From: Octopus bimaculoides | Taxonomy: Eukaryota | Reading direction: 5' to 3' | Assembly: GCF_001194135.2 (NCBI RefSeq) | Contig: NC_068996.1 | Span: forward strand, 9,538,296 to 9,602,295 | DNA: 64,000 bases | Shown here: positions 24,796-38,755 of the stretch, one piece after another | Numbering within the stretch: position 1 is the stretch's first letter | How the letters are laid out: each line of letters begins with the position of its first letter | The notes under the pieces: model-generated | Told to the model about the DNA's origin: nothing | Databases searched by the model: none | What the model saw: the letters and a program-made list of their open reading frames with translations, nothing else | Translations under genes and position numbers: made by a program

Positions 24796-25799
24796 CAATA
24801 GATATTTTATTGGTTGAACAATATTTCGACAGCAAGCCTGTCTTTGTCAAGTTCAAAGTGAAAAGTAATAAAATTTTAAGTTTACAACTGGCAAAAAGAA
24901 AAAGAAAGAAAAAGAGAAAACGAATAGGAAAAAAAAAGAAAAATATTCAATCAAACAGTTTTGTGTAAATATGATGAAATTCTGTTATTTTGTTCATTCC
25001 TCCAGGAGGTAATGTTAATAACCAGCAAACATATTTCTCCTATTGCATTTTGTGTATTGAAAGTGTAGCAGATTCAGAATATTTCCTGAGAATATGCATT
25101 TTCAAGTCTTTTTTCAAAATTGAAGCTATTTGGTGTAAAATGTTCGGCAAGTTCTGAATAATGATGATGATGATGATGATGATGATGATAATGATAATAA
25201 TAATGATTTTATTCTTGTTAAAAGTGAGGCTGATGGTGGTAAGTGCAAAAAGTAATTTACAAAAAAAAAAAAGAAAGAAACGGTAATGGTTCACATAAAA
25301 AAAGAAAAGAGGTATGGTATAAATACAGAAAATAGGAAAGCACTTACCAATACAAAGATCCACCTAAATCCTACAAAAGAATCCAATGGCGCCTGATTAA
25401 CCTTTTACTGTCAAAGATTAGTACTATCTCTCTATTAGTTTTCCGGGGGAGGGGTTATTTGCTGTGTCTGAACGAACAGGGACAGGAACAGTACATATAA
25501 TCTTTGTAATCCTCCGACACTGTTCAGCTTGGTGTTGTTAATGTTCCTTTTAAACTGTTGGAAGTCGGTATCTTTAGAAAAGACATGCATAGAGTGGATA
25601 TTCGTTCAAGAAGGTATTTATCTGAAGAAGGAGAACTAAATTTAATAGTTAGTTCGGGGATGAAAGGTGATGGACACAGCGAGGAGATGACATGACCGGG
25701 GTTGCTTGAATGGATGGATGGAGGTATGATATTAGCCAACTCTGAGGAACAGAGGCAATTTTACTAGGAATATCGACAGAAAGTCAGTTGTGGTCCTTT

Positions 25800-26165
25800 A
25801 AAGATAGATTGGAAAGGATTCCGTAAATGTGCTGGAAGCACCATATAACCAGTGAAGGCATTCTAAAGAGATCTAGCATAAGATGACCTAAACGAAATCA
25901 TTCACTGAACGAAGATTAAAACTAGCAGGCTACATACTTCGGTTATCAGGAGACTACCATTCTAAAAAAACTTTCAGATGAATATCACCAGAAGGAAAAA
26001 AGAAAATGAGAAGGATTGAAAATTACAAGGCGTAGAACATTCATAACCAGCGTAGCAGAGGCCAATAACACACGACCGGATGTAGAGAAAACTGCAGCCG
26101 ACAGAAACCAGTGGTGTCAACTTGCTGTCCAATATTCTCAAGAGCGCAGGAAGAACTGAGACTGA
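25800..26165 (+). mobile_element. RTE-clade LINE 3' end
   Basis: Degenerate RWKHHITSEGIL...RRLKLAGYILRL...KTAADRNQWCQL. Confidence 0.75.
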
Positions 26166-26739
26166 TATTGATCGTAAGGATAGAACCATTAAATCTTTTC
26201 CATCGTTAAATAAAGTCGTTTTTTCTTATAGATATGTTTTACCTTAATTTCGTAGAATGAAAAAGGAAAAGCAAGAAAAAAATAGATAAATGAATATGTC
26301 TTTTGAACTATGAACAGTTTCCTGTCTTCTAACTTTCATTTTAGTTTGTAACTTCGTAGAAGGTTGAATTTAACACAATTAACCTGTGTCTAGAGTTATA
26401 CTGCGTCGATAGTTAAAAAAAAAAGATGAAATAGTGGTTACCAAGGTCACAGAAAAACATATAGGAACTTTATTTTGTATAAAAGCAAGGAAAAGTTAAA
26501 AGATGTTTAAATTAAGAATTAAGGATACAGGATTTTCAAATTTGCCCGAGAAGAAATCCTCTCCCTTTGATGGCACGACTCCTGCTAAAGGCTAACCAAG
26601 TGCTCCGCATTCTTTAGTTGTACATAACTATGTCACATACTAAAGGCCACGGTCGTGTTCAAAATTTTAAGGTTTCTAATTATGTTGTTTTCATTGCTTT
26701 TCAACATTTGGGGAAAATGAATTTAATCGGTTTATACAG

Positions 26740-26962
26740 GCGTGGCTTTGTGGTTAAGAAGCTCAATTTGCAACCGTATAGTTTTGGATGCAATCTCACA
26801 GCGTAGCACCTAGCTTCTATTATAGCTCAGGGTTGACCAATGCCTTGTGAGTGAATTTGTTATACTGAAACAATGTGGAAGTTCGTCGTATACATATGTG
26901 CGTGTTGTTTGTGTGTGTGTGTGTTTATATGAGTGTGTTTTTTGTGTGTGAGTGCGAGTGAG

Positions 26963-26996
<34 letters not shown>

Positions 26997-27290
26997 CTGT
27001 GTGAATGAGTGTTTTCTGTGTGTGTATTTGTGTATGTGAGTGTATATATATGTGCGCGTGTTTTTATGTGTGTACGTTTTCGTATCTGTATTTGTAACCC
27101 CCTCCACCGGTATTGTTTTGTTTACGTTCCCATAACTTAGCCGTTCAGTAAAAGAGACTGCTAGCACCATATTTTAAAAAGAAAAATAAGTAATAATTTC
27201 CTTGAATCGATTTGTGCGACTACACCCTTTAAGGCGGTGCCACCGCATGGAGGCAGACCAATGGCAGAAACAAATAAAAGATTTTTTTTT
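26740..27290 (+). mobile_element. SINE family A, old copy
   Basis: Diverged head, internal (TG)n, tail aaggcggtgccaccgcatgg. Confidence 0.75.
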
Positions 27291-27613
27291 TAAATTTTAA
27301 GACTCCTTGCGCACGCGTACACACATATACACAGACACACCTACACGCGCGCACACACATACACACATTCAGTTCTTTGAACTAAGCTTAATTTTATAAT
27401 TAGTCATTTTATTTTCTACCTCTTTCGAACCACATATTCCTCATTCAGGATATTTCATTTTCTTTTGTTCTTTTTTTTTGTTACCTTTCCTTATTTTGTT
27501 TATATAATCTTTTCACATAGTTTATATGCTTTAGATTTAGTATATGTTGAAAAATTGGAAGGTCATTGATTATCTTTCTATTCAATCAAGAGCTAACATG
27601 TGTCAAACAACAA

Positions 27614-27674
<61 letters not shown>

Positions 27675-27675
27675 G

Positions 27676-28126
27676 AGTGAGAGAGCAGTGCATGCCATCA
27701 AAGTGACACTGGGGTAAAATATACGAAGCCCAGTATACCCATCATGACTACCCGTCTGATAAGGGTACACCAGGCACATGCATCACAACCATGTGTGCGC
27801 GACATGGTAACTTCATATAAAGATAAACAGCGCATGACCTTGCAGGTGGGGCTCAGTTAGAATTTTCTTCAGGTAGAGTAGCCCATCCCGCTCAAAAGGT
27901 CCTTGAATAAGGTTTGTTTAAGGATGTTGAGCAAAACACCCATGTTTCTAAAGGTGAATTATTCAAACCCCAAAGAATTCCTCTCAACATATGGCTATGA
28001 TGCTCCCCCACTACTTCTACTCATGATCAGAGATGCACATATCGTCAGCCACCAAGGGACATGCTCAACTGGTTAAGGTCAAACAACTGACAAGCAAATC
28101 TGTGGTATTAAGCAGAATATTTGCTG
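27676..28126 (-). mobile_element. Repeat family C with (AAT)n tail
   Basis: Ends in the (ATT)n array at 27616-27675. Colinear with 60400-60880. Confidence 0.88.
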
Positions 28127-28748
28127 NNNNNNNNNNNNNNNNNNNNNNNNNNNNNNNNNNNNNNNNNNNNNNNNNNNNNNNNNNNNNNNNNNNNNNNNNN
28201 NNNNNNNNNNNNNNNNNNNNNNNNNNNNNNNNNNNNNNNNNNNNNNNNNNNNNNNNNNNNNNNNNNNNNNNNNNNNNNNNNNNNNNNNNNNNNNNNNNNN
28301 NNNNNNNNNNNNNNNNNNNNNNNNNNNNNNNNNNNNNNNNNNNNNNNNNNNNNNNNNNNNNNNNNNNNNNNNNNNNNNNNNNNNNNNNNNNNNNNNNNNN
28401 NNNNNNNNNNNNNNNNNNNNNNNNNNNNNNNNNNNNNNNNNNNNNNNNNNNNNNNNNNNNNNNNNNNNNNNNNNNNNNNNNNNNNNNNNNNNNNNNNNNN
28501 NNNNNNNNNNNNNNNNNNNNNNNNNNNNNNNNNNNNNNNNNNNNNNNNNNNNNNNNNNNNNNNNNNNNNNNNNNNNNNNNNNNNNNNNNNNNNNNNNNNN
28601 NNNNNNNNNNNNNNNNNNNNNNNNNNNNNNNNNNNNNNNNNNNNNNNNNNNNNNNNNNNNNNNNNNNNNNNNNNNNNNNNNNNNNNNNNNNNNNNNNNNN
28701 NNNNNNNNNNNNNNNNNNNNNNNNNNNNNNNNTCTGTTGTTATTCCAT

Positions 28749-28814
<66 letters not shown>

Positions 28815-28833
28815 GCTATTATTATTATTATTA

Positions 28834-28902
<69 letters not shown>

Positions 28903-28903
<1 letters not shown>

Positions 28904-29105
28904 GGCAGCGATCTGGCAGAATCGTAAGCATGCCAGACAAAATGCTTAGCGGCATTTCGTCCGTCTTTACGTTTTGAGTGCAAGTTCCGCCGAGGTTGAC
29001 TTTGCCTTTCATCCTTCTGGAGTCGATAAAATATGTACCAGCTGAGTACTGGGGTCGACTAACTCCCTCCCGCAAACTTCAGGTATTGTGCCTGTAGTAG
29101 AAAGG
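28903..29105 (+). mobile_element. SINE family B
   Basis: Head aggcagcgatctggcagaatcg and core gaggttgactttgcctttcatcc, adjacent to (ATT)n. Confidence 0.85.
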
Positions 29106-29109
29106 ATTG

Positions 29110-29310
29110 TCAATATTTTTCTTTTGGTTTGACGTAGATTCGGTCTTATTCCTGGTAGAATTTATACGGGTAGCAGGTAACCTTAGATATACACAAGTTT
29201 CCCGTAGCCTTTCAAGTGCTTAGAACCCTCCTGATAATCATTGTTGTCCCGAAGAGATAAACTTTCTATAGAAGCTTTACAGGGCATTCTATTCCAATCT
29301 CCTTCAACCA
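29110..29310 (-). mobile_element. R4/Dong-like 3' end fragment
   Basis: LKEIGIECPVKLL*KVYLFGTTMIIRRVLST* resembles the C-terminus at 24.5 kb. Confidence 0.55.
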
Positions 29311-29389
29311 TTTGTCTATATCTTTGCTTACTGTTCCCGACGTATCAATTATAAGCACGATCTTCACAATTTTCATGCTTTTAATTTTT

Positions 29390-29996
29390 GTTGTTGTTGC
29401 AGTTGTTGTTGTTGTTGCTGCTGCTGCTGCTGTTGTTGTTGTTGTTGTTTACCTTTTAATGTGCGTGTTTGTTGCAGTCGCTTGCCGAAACTACCGAGTG
29501 TCCTAAGGTGAGTGAAGGATAAGAGATATTACAGTATGACTGAAACCTTGGAGAGGAGAAGTTGCAACACAGACATTTAAATTGATAGGGTTTTTCTAAG
29601 GATGTGGGCAGTACTTGTCAGCACAATTTTTTTGATTTCTCTGTGACATGGTTCTCCTGGGATGTTATCTAGATGTTTCTGACATCCCTTTCTTATCATA
29701 ACTAGGGCACCTACAATAACAATTTCAATTTTCAGGTCCATATATTTACTTGATTTGTCAAATTCCTTTACGGATACACTTTTATCACTTACCTCTATTA
29801 GTCTACAAGCATTTTCTTCTCTATTTTCAATGACTATGTCTGGTCGATTAGCCTGGATCGTTCTGTCAGTGTTGACTAGAAAATCCCAAAGAATAGCGAC
29901 ATTTTTACCTTCAACGACTGGCTCATGATGATGTTCATACCAGTAAGCAGGAGTGCTGATTTTGTAGTATTTACATATTTTCCAATAAAACGTGAT

Positions 29997-29998
<2 letters not shown>
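29390..29998 (-). mobile_element. R4/Dong-like RLE 3' end between (AAC)n and (TAA)n arrays
   Basis: HWKICKYYKISTPAYWYEH...AILWDF.VNTDRTIQANRPDIVI...IVGAL...LTSTAHILRKTLSI*. Confidence 0.85.
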
Positions 29999-30335
<337 letters not shown>

Positions 30336-31099
30336 CACGGGTCTGCGCCCTACCTGATGATTTATAAAATTACAAAGAAATTATCCTATCTCGTACAACT
30401 TTCTTCACAAAATCGATCATTGCATATTTAACTTCAGTCTTCTATCATTACTATTAATTGCCATATTTAAATAGTCTACAACAGAAGAACTAATAGGCGT
30501 AATTTTGAAAAATAAGCAACAGACAACGTTTAGATCACTCCAGCTACATAGAGTGGCGTCTGCATCACCGTAGCTTCAGTCACTCTCAAGCAATGAGGAG
30601 AGAATGATGCGCTTTACAAGGTCACGTTGCTTAGGTTAAAACGTATCTTTATTTCTATTGCAATTATTTCCTCATGCCTTCCTTCAATGTATATGTGCTA
30701 CATACATTGATTTATTTTACCATATGTTACATTTAAGTGCTTCTTTAATGATCTTATGTATACATTTAGATAGTAAACCAAATATATGCTCTTAAAAAAT
30801 GTCCCTTTCCCCTTTCATTACAGACCTCCCCCTTATGTAACAAAGTGCCAGCTGTTCCTAATCTATGGACTAAGGGCATCACTCTTCATTCAGATTTCGA
30901 GAACTCCGCAGAAGATTCGCGCAGATACAAATAACGCCATTTTCTAGAGTAAAGATGCTCTATTTTTACGTTTACGCCTATCATTCCAAACCTGTCTGTG
31001 AGCTTCATACCTAAAGCTCCAACAAACTGTGGATATGTTATTTATATTATTTACATTATTTACATTTGACGGATATTTGTCCTCATCTTGTTTGTTGTT

Positions 31100-31145
31100 A
31101 ACACAACGTTTCGGCTGATATACCCTCCAGCCTTCTTCAGGTGTC
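31100..31145 (-). ncRNA. Minimal type I hammerhead ribozyme motif (CUGAAGA core)
   Basis: rc reads gacac-CTGAAGA-a-ggctg-gagggtatat-cagcc-GAAA-cg-TT-gtgtt. Confidence 0.75.
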
Positions 31146-31197
31146 TTGGGGAAATTTCGAACCTCGGTTCTCATTCCTAAGGTATTTTTCGATGTTA

Positions 31198-31252
<55 letters not shown>

Positions 31253-31289
31253 TCAGGTCACTGCCTGGAACCGAACCTGAATAATAATA

Positions 31290-31412
<123 letters not shown>

Positions 31413-31459
31413 TTGAAAAATACCTTAGGAATGAGAACCGAAGTTCGAAATTTCCCCAA

Positions 31460-31505
31460 GACACCTGATGAAGGCTGGAGGGTATATCAGCCGAAACGTT
31501 GTGTT
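31460..31505 (+). ncRNA. Minimal type I hammerhead ribozyme motif (CUGAUGA core)
   Basis: Stem I gacac/gtgtt, core 31465-31471, stem II ggctg/cagcc, GAAA 31493-31496, palindromic ACGT stem III. Predicted cleavage after 31500. Confidence 0.78.
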
Positions 31506-31695
31506 AACAACAAACAAGATGAGGACAAATATCCGTCAAATGCAAAAAAATGTAAATAATATAAATAATGTACCTAATTTCTCTTCTCTTAATTATAGAA
31601 CTGAAACTGGGATATGACATTAACCTTCTTCCCATTTCAAATCATCGTATCTAATTTGTTTTTTTCCCTCTCCTTCTCGCTCTCTCTCCCACCCC

Positions 31696-31747
<52 letters not shown>

Positions 31748-32059
31748 CTATCTCTTATCATTATAGTGTAGATTACTGTGTCAAGTGGTAAAACACAAAC
31801 TAAAGTTTTCAAAACCATGATTATTGGTGGTATGCGCATATTAGACGAAACTTTTTCATCCCCAAGGTTTTCCCCTCTTTATTAACCGCTACTATATCTG
31901 GCTTTCGATCTTAAATTTCACGATCACATCAGATCGTTTGATCCCATTGTGTCTTTAGCTAGTCATCTTCGATTACTCCTTCTGAAAGTTTGAAAACTGA
32001 TGCAATAGCTGTTTCTGACATAGGCGTTAGGCATTGAATTTTGGGGGTAGAGGATTAGT

Positions 32060-32200
32060 CCGCGGCATCGGCTCCAATAGTTGACTAGTATAAAACTTTA
32101 TTTAATCGACCCCACCAGAAGGATAAAAGGCATAGTTGACCTCAACTGGATCTGAACTCAGAACGTAAAGAGCCGAAAAGAAATGCCGCAAAGAGTTTGT
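32060..32200 (-). mobile_element. SINE family B, old copy
   Basis: ggataaaaggcatagttgacctcaactggatctgaactcagaacgtaaag. Confidence 0.75.
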
Positions 32201-32229
32201 CCCACACGCACACCGCACACATACACACA

Positions 32230-32265
<36 letters not shown>

Positions 32266-32682
32266 TCTGTTAATACGGTTATGAGTTCACCTCTATAGAA
32301 TATGACCAAGGAGGGTGTTTCCAGCGATACCTTACACAGTACAATAAGTTTTATTATTTCTTCCTAATTAAACAGGAAATACCAGTCTGTTTGGTATTTC
32401 CCGTTTGACTAGTTCTAGCTCTTTGTATTCAAGTATTACTTGTACTTTGCGGTCATTTTTTTCTTAACCACCATCAAAAGATTTAGTGAGGTGGATTAAT
32501 AAACACACCTAGTTTTTAATTAATTATATAATTAATTAATTACTTAGTTTCTTAATTAATTAACTAATTAAGCAGCTACCCCGTGTTCTATGTGAAAAAT
32601 GTATTATATCATGTGAGTGAAGACAAATGCATATAAGTATATATAATATAATATAATATAATATAATATATATATATAAATG

Positions 32683-32764
<82 letters not shown>

Positions 32765-33120
32765 NNNNNNNNNNNNNNNNNNNNNNNNNNNNNNNNNNNN
32801 NNNNNNNNNNNNNNNNNNNNNNNNNNNNNNNNNNNNNNNNNNNNNNNNNNNNNNNNNNNNNNNNNNNNNNNNNNNNNNNNNNNNNNNNNNNNNNNNNNNN
32901 NNNNNNNNNNNNNNNNNNNNNNNNNNNNNNNNNNNNNNNNNNNNNNNNNNNNNNNNNNNNNNNNNNNTGATTCCAAACTACAAATTTTTCTCTAAAGTGG
33001 ATGGCGATATTTATGGCACACATAGAACAAAAAACCGGAGGGAAAAGCGTAAACAAACCAAGCCTTTAGTTATATATATATGTATATATATGTATATATA
33101 TATATGTATATATATATATG

Positions 33121-33172
<52 letters not shown>

Positions 33173-33359
33173 TGTATGTATATAAACTATGCGTTTATTT
33201 AGCATATGCGAATTCAATATTATGAACATACGCGCACACTCGTATAAAGAGAGAAGGGGAGATTGAGAGAGGAAGAGAATAGGAAAAAGTGAGCGAAAAT
33301 TACCAAAAAAAAAACAGTAGGAGAGAGAGAGAATGATATTCATGTATAAATATTGATTG

Positions 33360-33484
33360 ATTATGTGTGTGTGTGTGTGTGTGTGTGCGTGTGTGGGTGG
33401 GTATGTGTGTGTGGACAGACCGACAGACAGACTGATATACCGACCGACCAACAGACAGACAGACAGCTAGCTAGCTAGCTAGCC

Positions 33485-33527
<43 letters not shown>

Positions 33528-33540
33528 TACATACATACAT
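33360..33540. repeat. Compound microsatellite (TG)/(GACA)/(GACC)/(GCTA)/(GATA)/(TACA)
   Basis: Directly visible. Confidence 0.9.
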
Positions 33541-33766
33541 ATTATTTTATGTGGTAATGCTCCAACAAGTAGAAAAGCACTCGATCAACTAAGAGAGTAA
33601 AGAAAATGATTTCTTTTTATTATAACATTATTTTCATCCATGCTTATATATATATAATAATAATACAAATGATATGTGAACATATATATACATACATACA
33701 TATATACATATATGTATATGTATGTGTGTGTGTGTGTGTCTGTGTCTGTGTCTGTGTGTGTGTGTG

Positions 33767-33816
<50 letters not shown>

Positions 33817-34222
33817 CTGTAAGTTTTAGAGGTAATACTTGATAAGTGTAAGCACCTGTATATGCCGGATAGTGGCCAAGGTAAAAGAATATATTAAAAC
33901 GTAAAATGAAAACAGAACACAAAGGATACCGCGTTACACGTGTTTCAAGCTTTATACACAAACAGTCGTTGCATCAGTATATGAGTATACAATTGATAGA
34001 AATGATGGTTTAAAGCTATCTTCAGCCGCAAACATTTTCAGTCCCAAGATTACATCACAAAGAAAAAAGAAAAAGAGAGAGAAAAAGGAGAGAGAAAAAG
34101 GAAAAGTCCACCTAGTATTATGCATTGTAATGTGCTTATCCTTTAAATTGTTATATCTACATAAAAGTTCCTTGGTATTCAAAAATCTGTCCATATTGTA
34201 CCTCTCTTTTTCTTCTTTCTTT

Positions 34223-34264
<42 letters not shown>

Positions 34265-35439
34265 TGGCGAGAAGTGACTAGGAAACTAGGGCATGTAGCC
34301 CCCCACCCCAACTGAGTTTTTTTTTCTTTTTGGTGGAGGCGTCCGAATGTGCCACCCTCCCCTATTTTCCGTGAAAAGTACAGTATTGTATACGCTTTGA
34401 GATACGGTGAGTCTGAAAATGAAAATAGTTTCTTCCCTACGACGCACCGTTTTGAAGTAGTTAGTAAGACACGAGAAACGTCCATATAACTTTGGAAATC
34501 ACCTTCCAATGATCTCATCTAATAGAGGCTATTCAAGCCGTCGACTTTGAGAAAAAAGTCGAAATTGTTTTTAAAGTTTAGAAGAAAATTTCACATTCAC
34601 GAACTCATGATGCTGATTTACAGAGTACCAAATTAAGTGAATATTTGTAACAATGTACAACTTCTGTCACTGAAGCAGCTTTTCTGCCTTTATTGACATC
34701 TACTTATCCCCTAAACCTGTCTTGAAGCCTTTCCTTCTTATCAACAAATTGCAAAACGTGTGACAGTAAAGATTTCATTCGAAACTGTGAAGTTTTACCA
34801 AACGTAACAACAACAAATGCTGTTTATTTCGATCATCGGCTTAATTACACCTTCACTTGTAACAGCCAAACAATTAAATAATTTCGTTTTGAATATCATT
34901 TTAAAGTGATATTCGTTTTCAATATCACTTCAAAGCTGAGAAAATGTCTTCTTGTACTGACAAACTAACAGACATTCGAACAAAATAACGATGACATTCC
35001 TTGCTGCCCACATCAGTTTTTATTTTCAGCTTAAGCTTTGGTTTCTTTTCCAAGAATGATAATATTCTTCTTACCTGTTTCAAAGCTGGGAAAGTAGAGA
35101 GAAAACTAAACTATTTCACCGTTTTGCCATCTTGAGGGTGATTGAAAACATGAGAAATTCTACTGGGTTATAATCTTTTTAAAGGAATCAAAGCTTTATG
35201 CTAATAGATAATTTGGGTGCTAGTTTACTCTTTTATGTAACCTTTCTTAAATAACTTTAAATATTTAAAATTAGATTTTAAAGCATTGGCATGAACAAAT
35301 GGATGAAAAAGTTTACTTTTTAATCACACACACACACACACAAACAAACAAAAATTGCTGATGTCTTCTTTTCGCTCTATGTGTGAAATAGTCAAGAAAA
35401 CTCTGGGGTCACATGACTGAATTCAAGTCTTAAGAAGAG

Positions 35440-36010
<571 letters not shown>

Positions 36011-36640
36011 AAAGATAAAATGTGTACACTTCAATACCGAATAATCGTGCGAAATATATCAGAAAGCAATAAAACAAACTTGTAAATAGACTAAATATGC
36101 ATTTCTTGCCTAATTCTGTCCGACTATGAGGAAAGCCACAGAAAAGTCTTCGGGATAGGCAAGTTTTTGATCTCTGTTGCACAGGACAGTAAAGACATCA
36201 GCACTTCAAGAGAAAAATAAATGTTGATAACGTGTCTGCTGGCTTAACACGGCTGAAAAGCAAGCGGTAAAATATCTGCTTTCATTTTCTCGGTCACTGC
36301 TCTTACTATGATTAAAAGCAAGCAGTCAAAAATTTGCTTTCTGTTGTCAACTTAACACGGATGAAAGGCAAGCAGTAAAATATCTGCTTTCTCTGTCATT
36401 ATTGGTCATTCACTCAATTTTTGATTTGTTCCTCTTTTTGACGCGCTTTTCTCGAAAATAATAGAATACAAAGAAAATAACTAAGAAATGAAGGAATGAG
36501 AAATAAAAGTAAATATGACTACAATGAATCTAATCAAAATTATCAATAATCAATTATATATAACACAAAAATTATTTATCGTACAAAAATAGTAAGGCAC
36601 GCAATACATGTGTTGCATACATAGACCCTTCGCTCCTGAT

Positions 36641-36695
<55 letters not shown>

Positions 36696-36972
36696 ATGAA
36701 GCACCTTTGCCTGTTCTACCACTTCTAAATTGTATGTAGATATATTTGTGTGTGATAAAATTTTTTGTACAATTTATTCACCACTACATGTGTTTCATTT
36801 GCTAATAGGAGTTACAAAATCAGTTTGATTTTGTCTGAAGAATTTCTAATAGGAGATATCCTACATGTTTTTTTACATGTTTTTGTTTTTAATTAGCAAA
36901 TAAAACGTGCAATGGTGAATAAATAATACCAAAAGTTTTTACTACTCTCCTGTTTTAATATACTTACATCTT

Positions 36973-37063
<91 letters not shown>

Positions 37064-37169
37064 ACATACACACACGTTTATAAATAATGCAAAAATTATA
37101 ACACGAAGACGAGTTAAAAATGCATATATAGTATATTAGATCTGCGTTCCGAAAAAGAACAGAACGTAT

Positions 37170-37400
37170 TTGCAGCCATTTAACCTTCTAGAAGACGATA
37201 TAAAATCTCTGACCGATAACATCAGGGCTGCACTTCATGAAATTACTCACAAAGTTTTGGAGGAAGAAGGAAAAAAGAAATTATGAGTCACTGATGAGAT
37301 CTTGGATCTATGTCACTTAAAACGGGACCTGGGGGAAGATCAAGCTAACAAGTCAGGTTGCAAGTCAGCAATACGACGCTGCTAATGAGAAAGGCCTTTT
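37170..37400 (+). mobile_element. RTE LINE internal fragment
   Basis: DDIKSLTDNIRAALHEITHKVLEEEGKKKL*VTDEILDLCHLKRDL resembles the RTE EN-RT linker (KKKPWVT.EILDLC). Confidence 0.6.
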
Positions 37401-38162
37401 ACGTTTCGTGCATGCGCTCTTCTAAGAAAAGGGTAGAGGTGAGAGAAAAATGGGGACAGAGAACAAACGGATGTATGTTTATATATATGTATTTTATGCA
37501 TATGTGTGTGTGTGTGTGTATTAACGTTGAATTGAGTCAAACGAATGAGTGCTAAGTACACATCCACAGTGTACAGTTCGTTGTTTATTGAATATGAATG
37601 TTTATTTTGCTACATAACTTTCACTTTACGACGATCTTTAGGCACCATAAAACTAGAGTCATATGCGTGCATGTCTACGTGTGCGTGAGTCTCTGTGTGT
37701 ATGTATATATGTATATTCATGCATAATTAATGGATATATGTATATACGAAAGGGCATCCAATAACCGGAAACGTCCTCTGTGTGAAAAGCCTGTTGCAGT
37801 TCAGGCTTCCACCGCTAGAAGCCACATGATGCAGCACTCAGGCATCAGTCTACCGACCGGTGCTATCTACTGGNNNNNNNNNNNNNNNNNNNNNNNNNNN
37901 NNNNNNNNNNNNNNNNNNNNNNNNNNNNNNNNNNNNNNNNNNNNNNNNNNNNNNNNNNNNNNNNNNNNNNNNNNNNNNNNNNNNNNNNNNNNNNNNNNNN
38001 NNNNNNNNNNNNNNNNNNNNNNNNNNNNNNNNNNNNNNNNNNNNNNNNNNNNNNNNNNNNNNNNNNNNNNNNNNNNNNNNNNNNNNNNNNNNNNNNNNNN
38101 NNNNNNNNNNNNNNNNNNNNNNNNNNNNNNNNNNNNNNNNNNNNNNNNNNNNNNNNNNNNNN

Positions 38163-38755
38163 CCCTGTTTAATTATATCATTATTCCCTAGTAAGGGTTT
38201 AGGGTTTTAGGGTTAGGGTTCGGGTTTTAGGGTTAGGGCTTTAGGATTAAGGTTGGGGTTAGGGTTAGGGTTATGGTTATGAGTTATAGGGTTAGAGTTA
38301 AGGTTATGGCAAAAATAATCATAACCCTAACCGTAATCCTAAAACTAACCCTAACTCTAAAACCCTAACCCTAACCCTAAAACCCTAAAGCTAAAACCAG
38401 TACAAACGCACGAACGATGTCATAAATAACAGTAACAAACGAAATATATACCGCTGATAGTTGTTGTTGACAACGGATAGTTTTTGTTGACAAACAACGG
38501 CACTAATTTTATTCAAGGGAAAAAATCCCGTAGCACCGTTGTTTACATTCCCCGGCGAAATTGTTTTCACCTCAATAGACGTCAGTGGTAGGTTGAAATT
38601 ACCGAAATACGACAATTTTTTACATGAAATAACTTGGAACACAAAATTTTTTATTTGTTCTATAACACAAAATATACAAGTATTCGAAGTTTGAAAGTGT
38701 TTCGGTACGAAAAACACTACATAAAAAAATGTTGCCCGTCAAATTACAAAGATCC
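38163..38755. mobile_element. Merlin-like MITE (same family as 8687-9455) inserted in the mariner; left end in a gap
   Basis: 38605-38755 aligns with 9303-9455 and ends ...gttgcccgtcaaattacaaagatcc. Mariner coding sequence resumes at 38756. Confidence 0.85.
38193..38397. repeat. Degenerate telomere-like arrays (TTAGGG)n then (CCCTAA)n
   Basis: G-rich array about 38193-38308, C-rich array about 38321-38397. Confidence 0.92.

Noticed and set aside
25390-25800. ORF 25524-25739 as a gene or LINE fragment
   Set aside because: No motif I can recognise and no convincing splice context.
36243-36391. CRISPR-like repeat-spacer array
   Set aside because: Eukaryotic context, only three non-identical units, unequal spacers with shared sequence, and no cas genes.
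38193-38397. Telomere-telomere chromosome fusion site
   Set aside because: The arrays are short, degenerate and lie inside a dispersed TIR element that is itself inserted in a mariner. A transposon-internal repeat is the simpler explanation.
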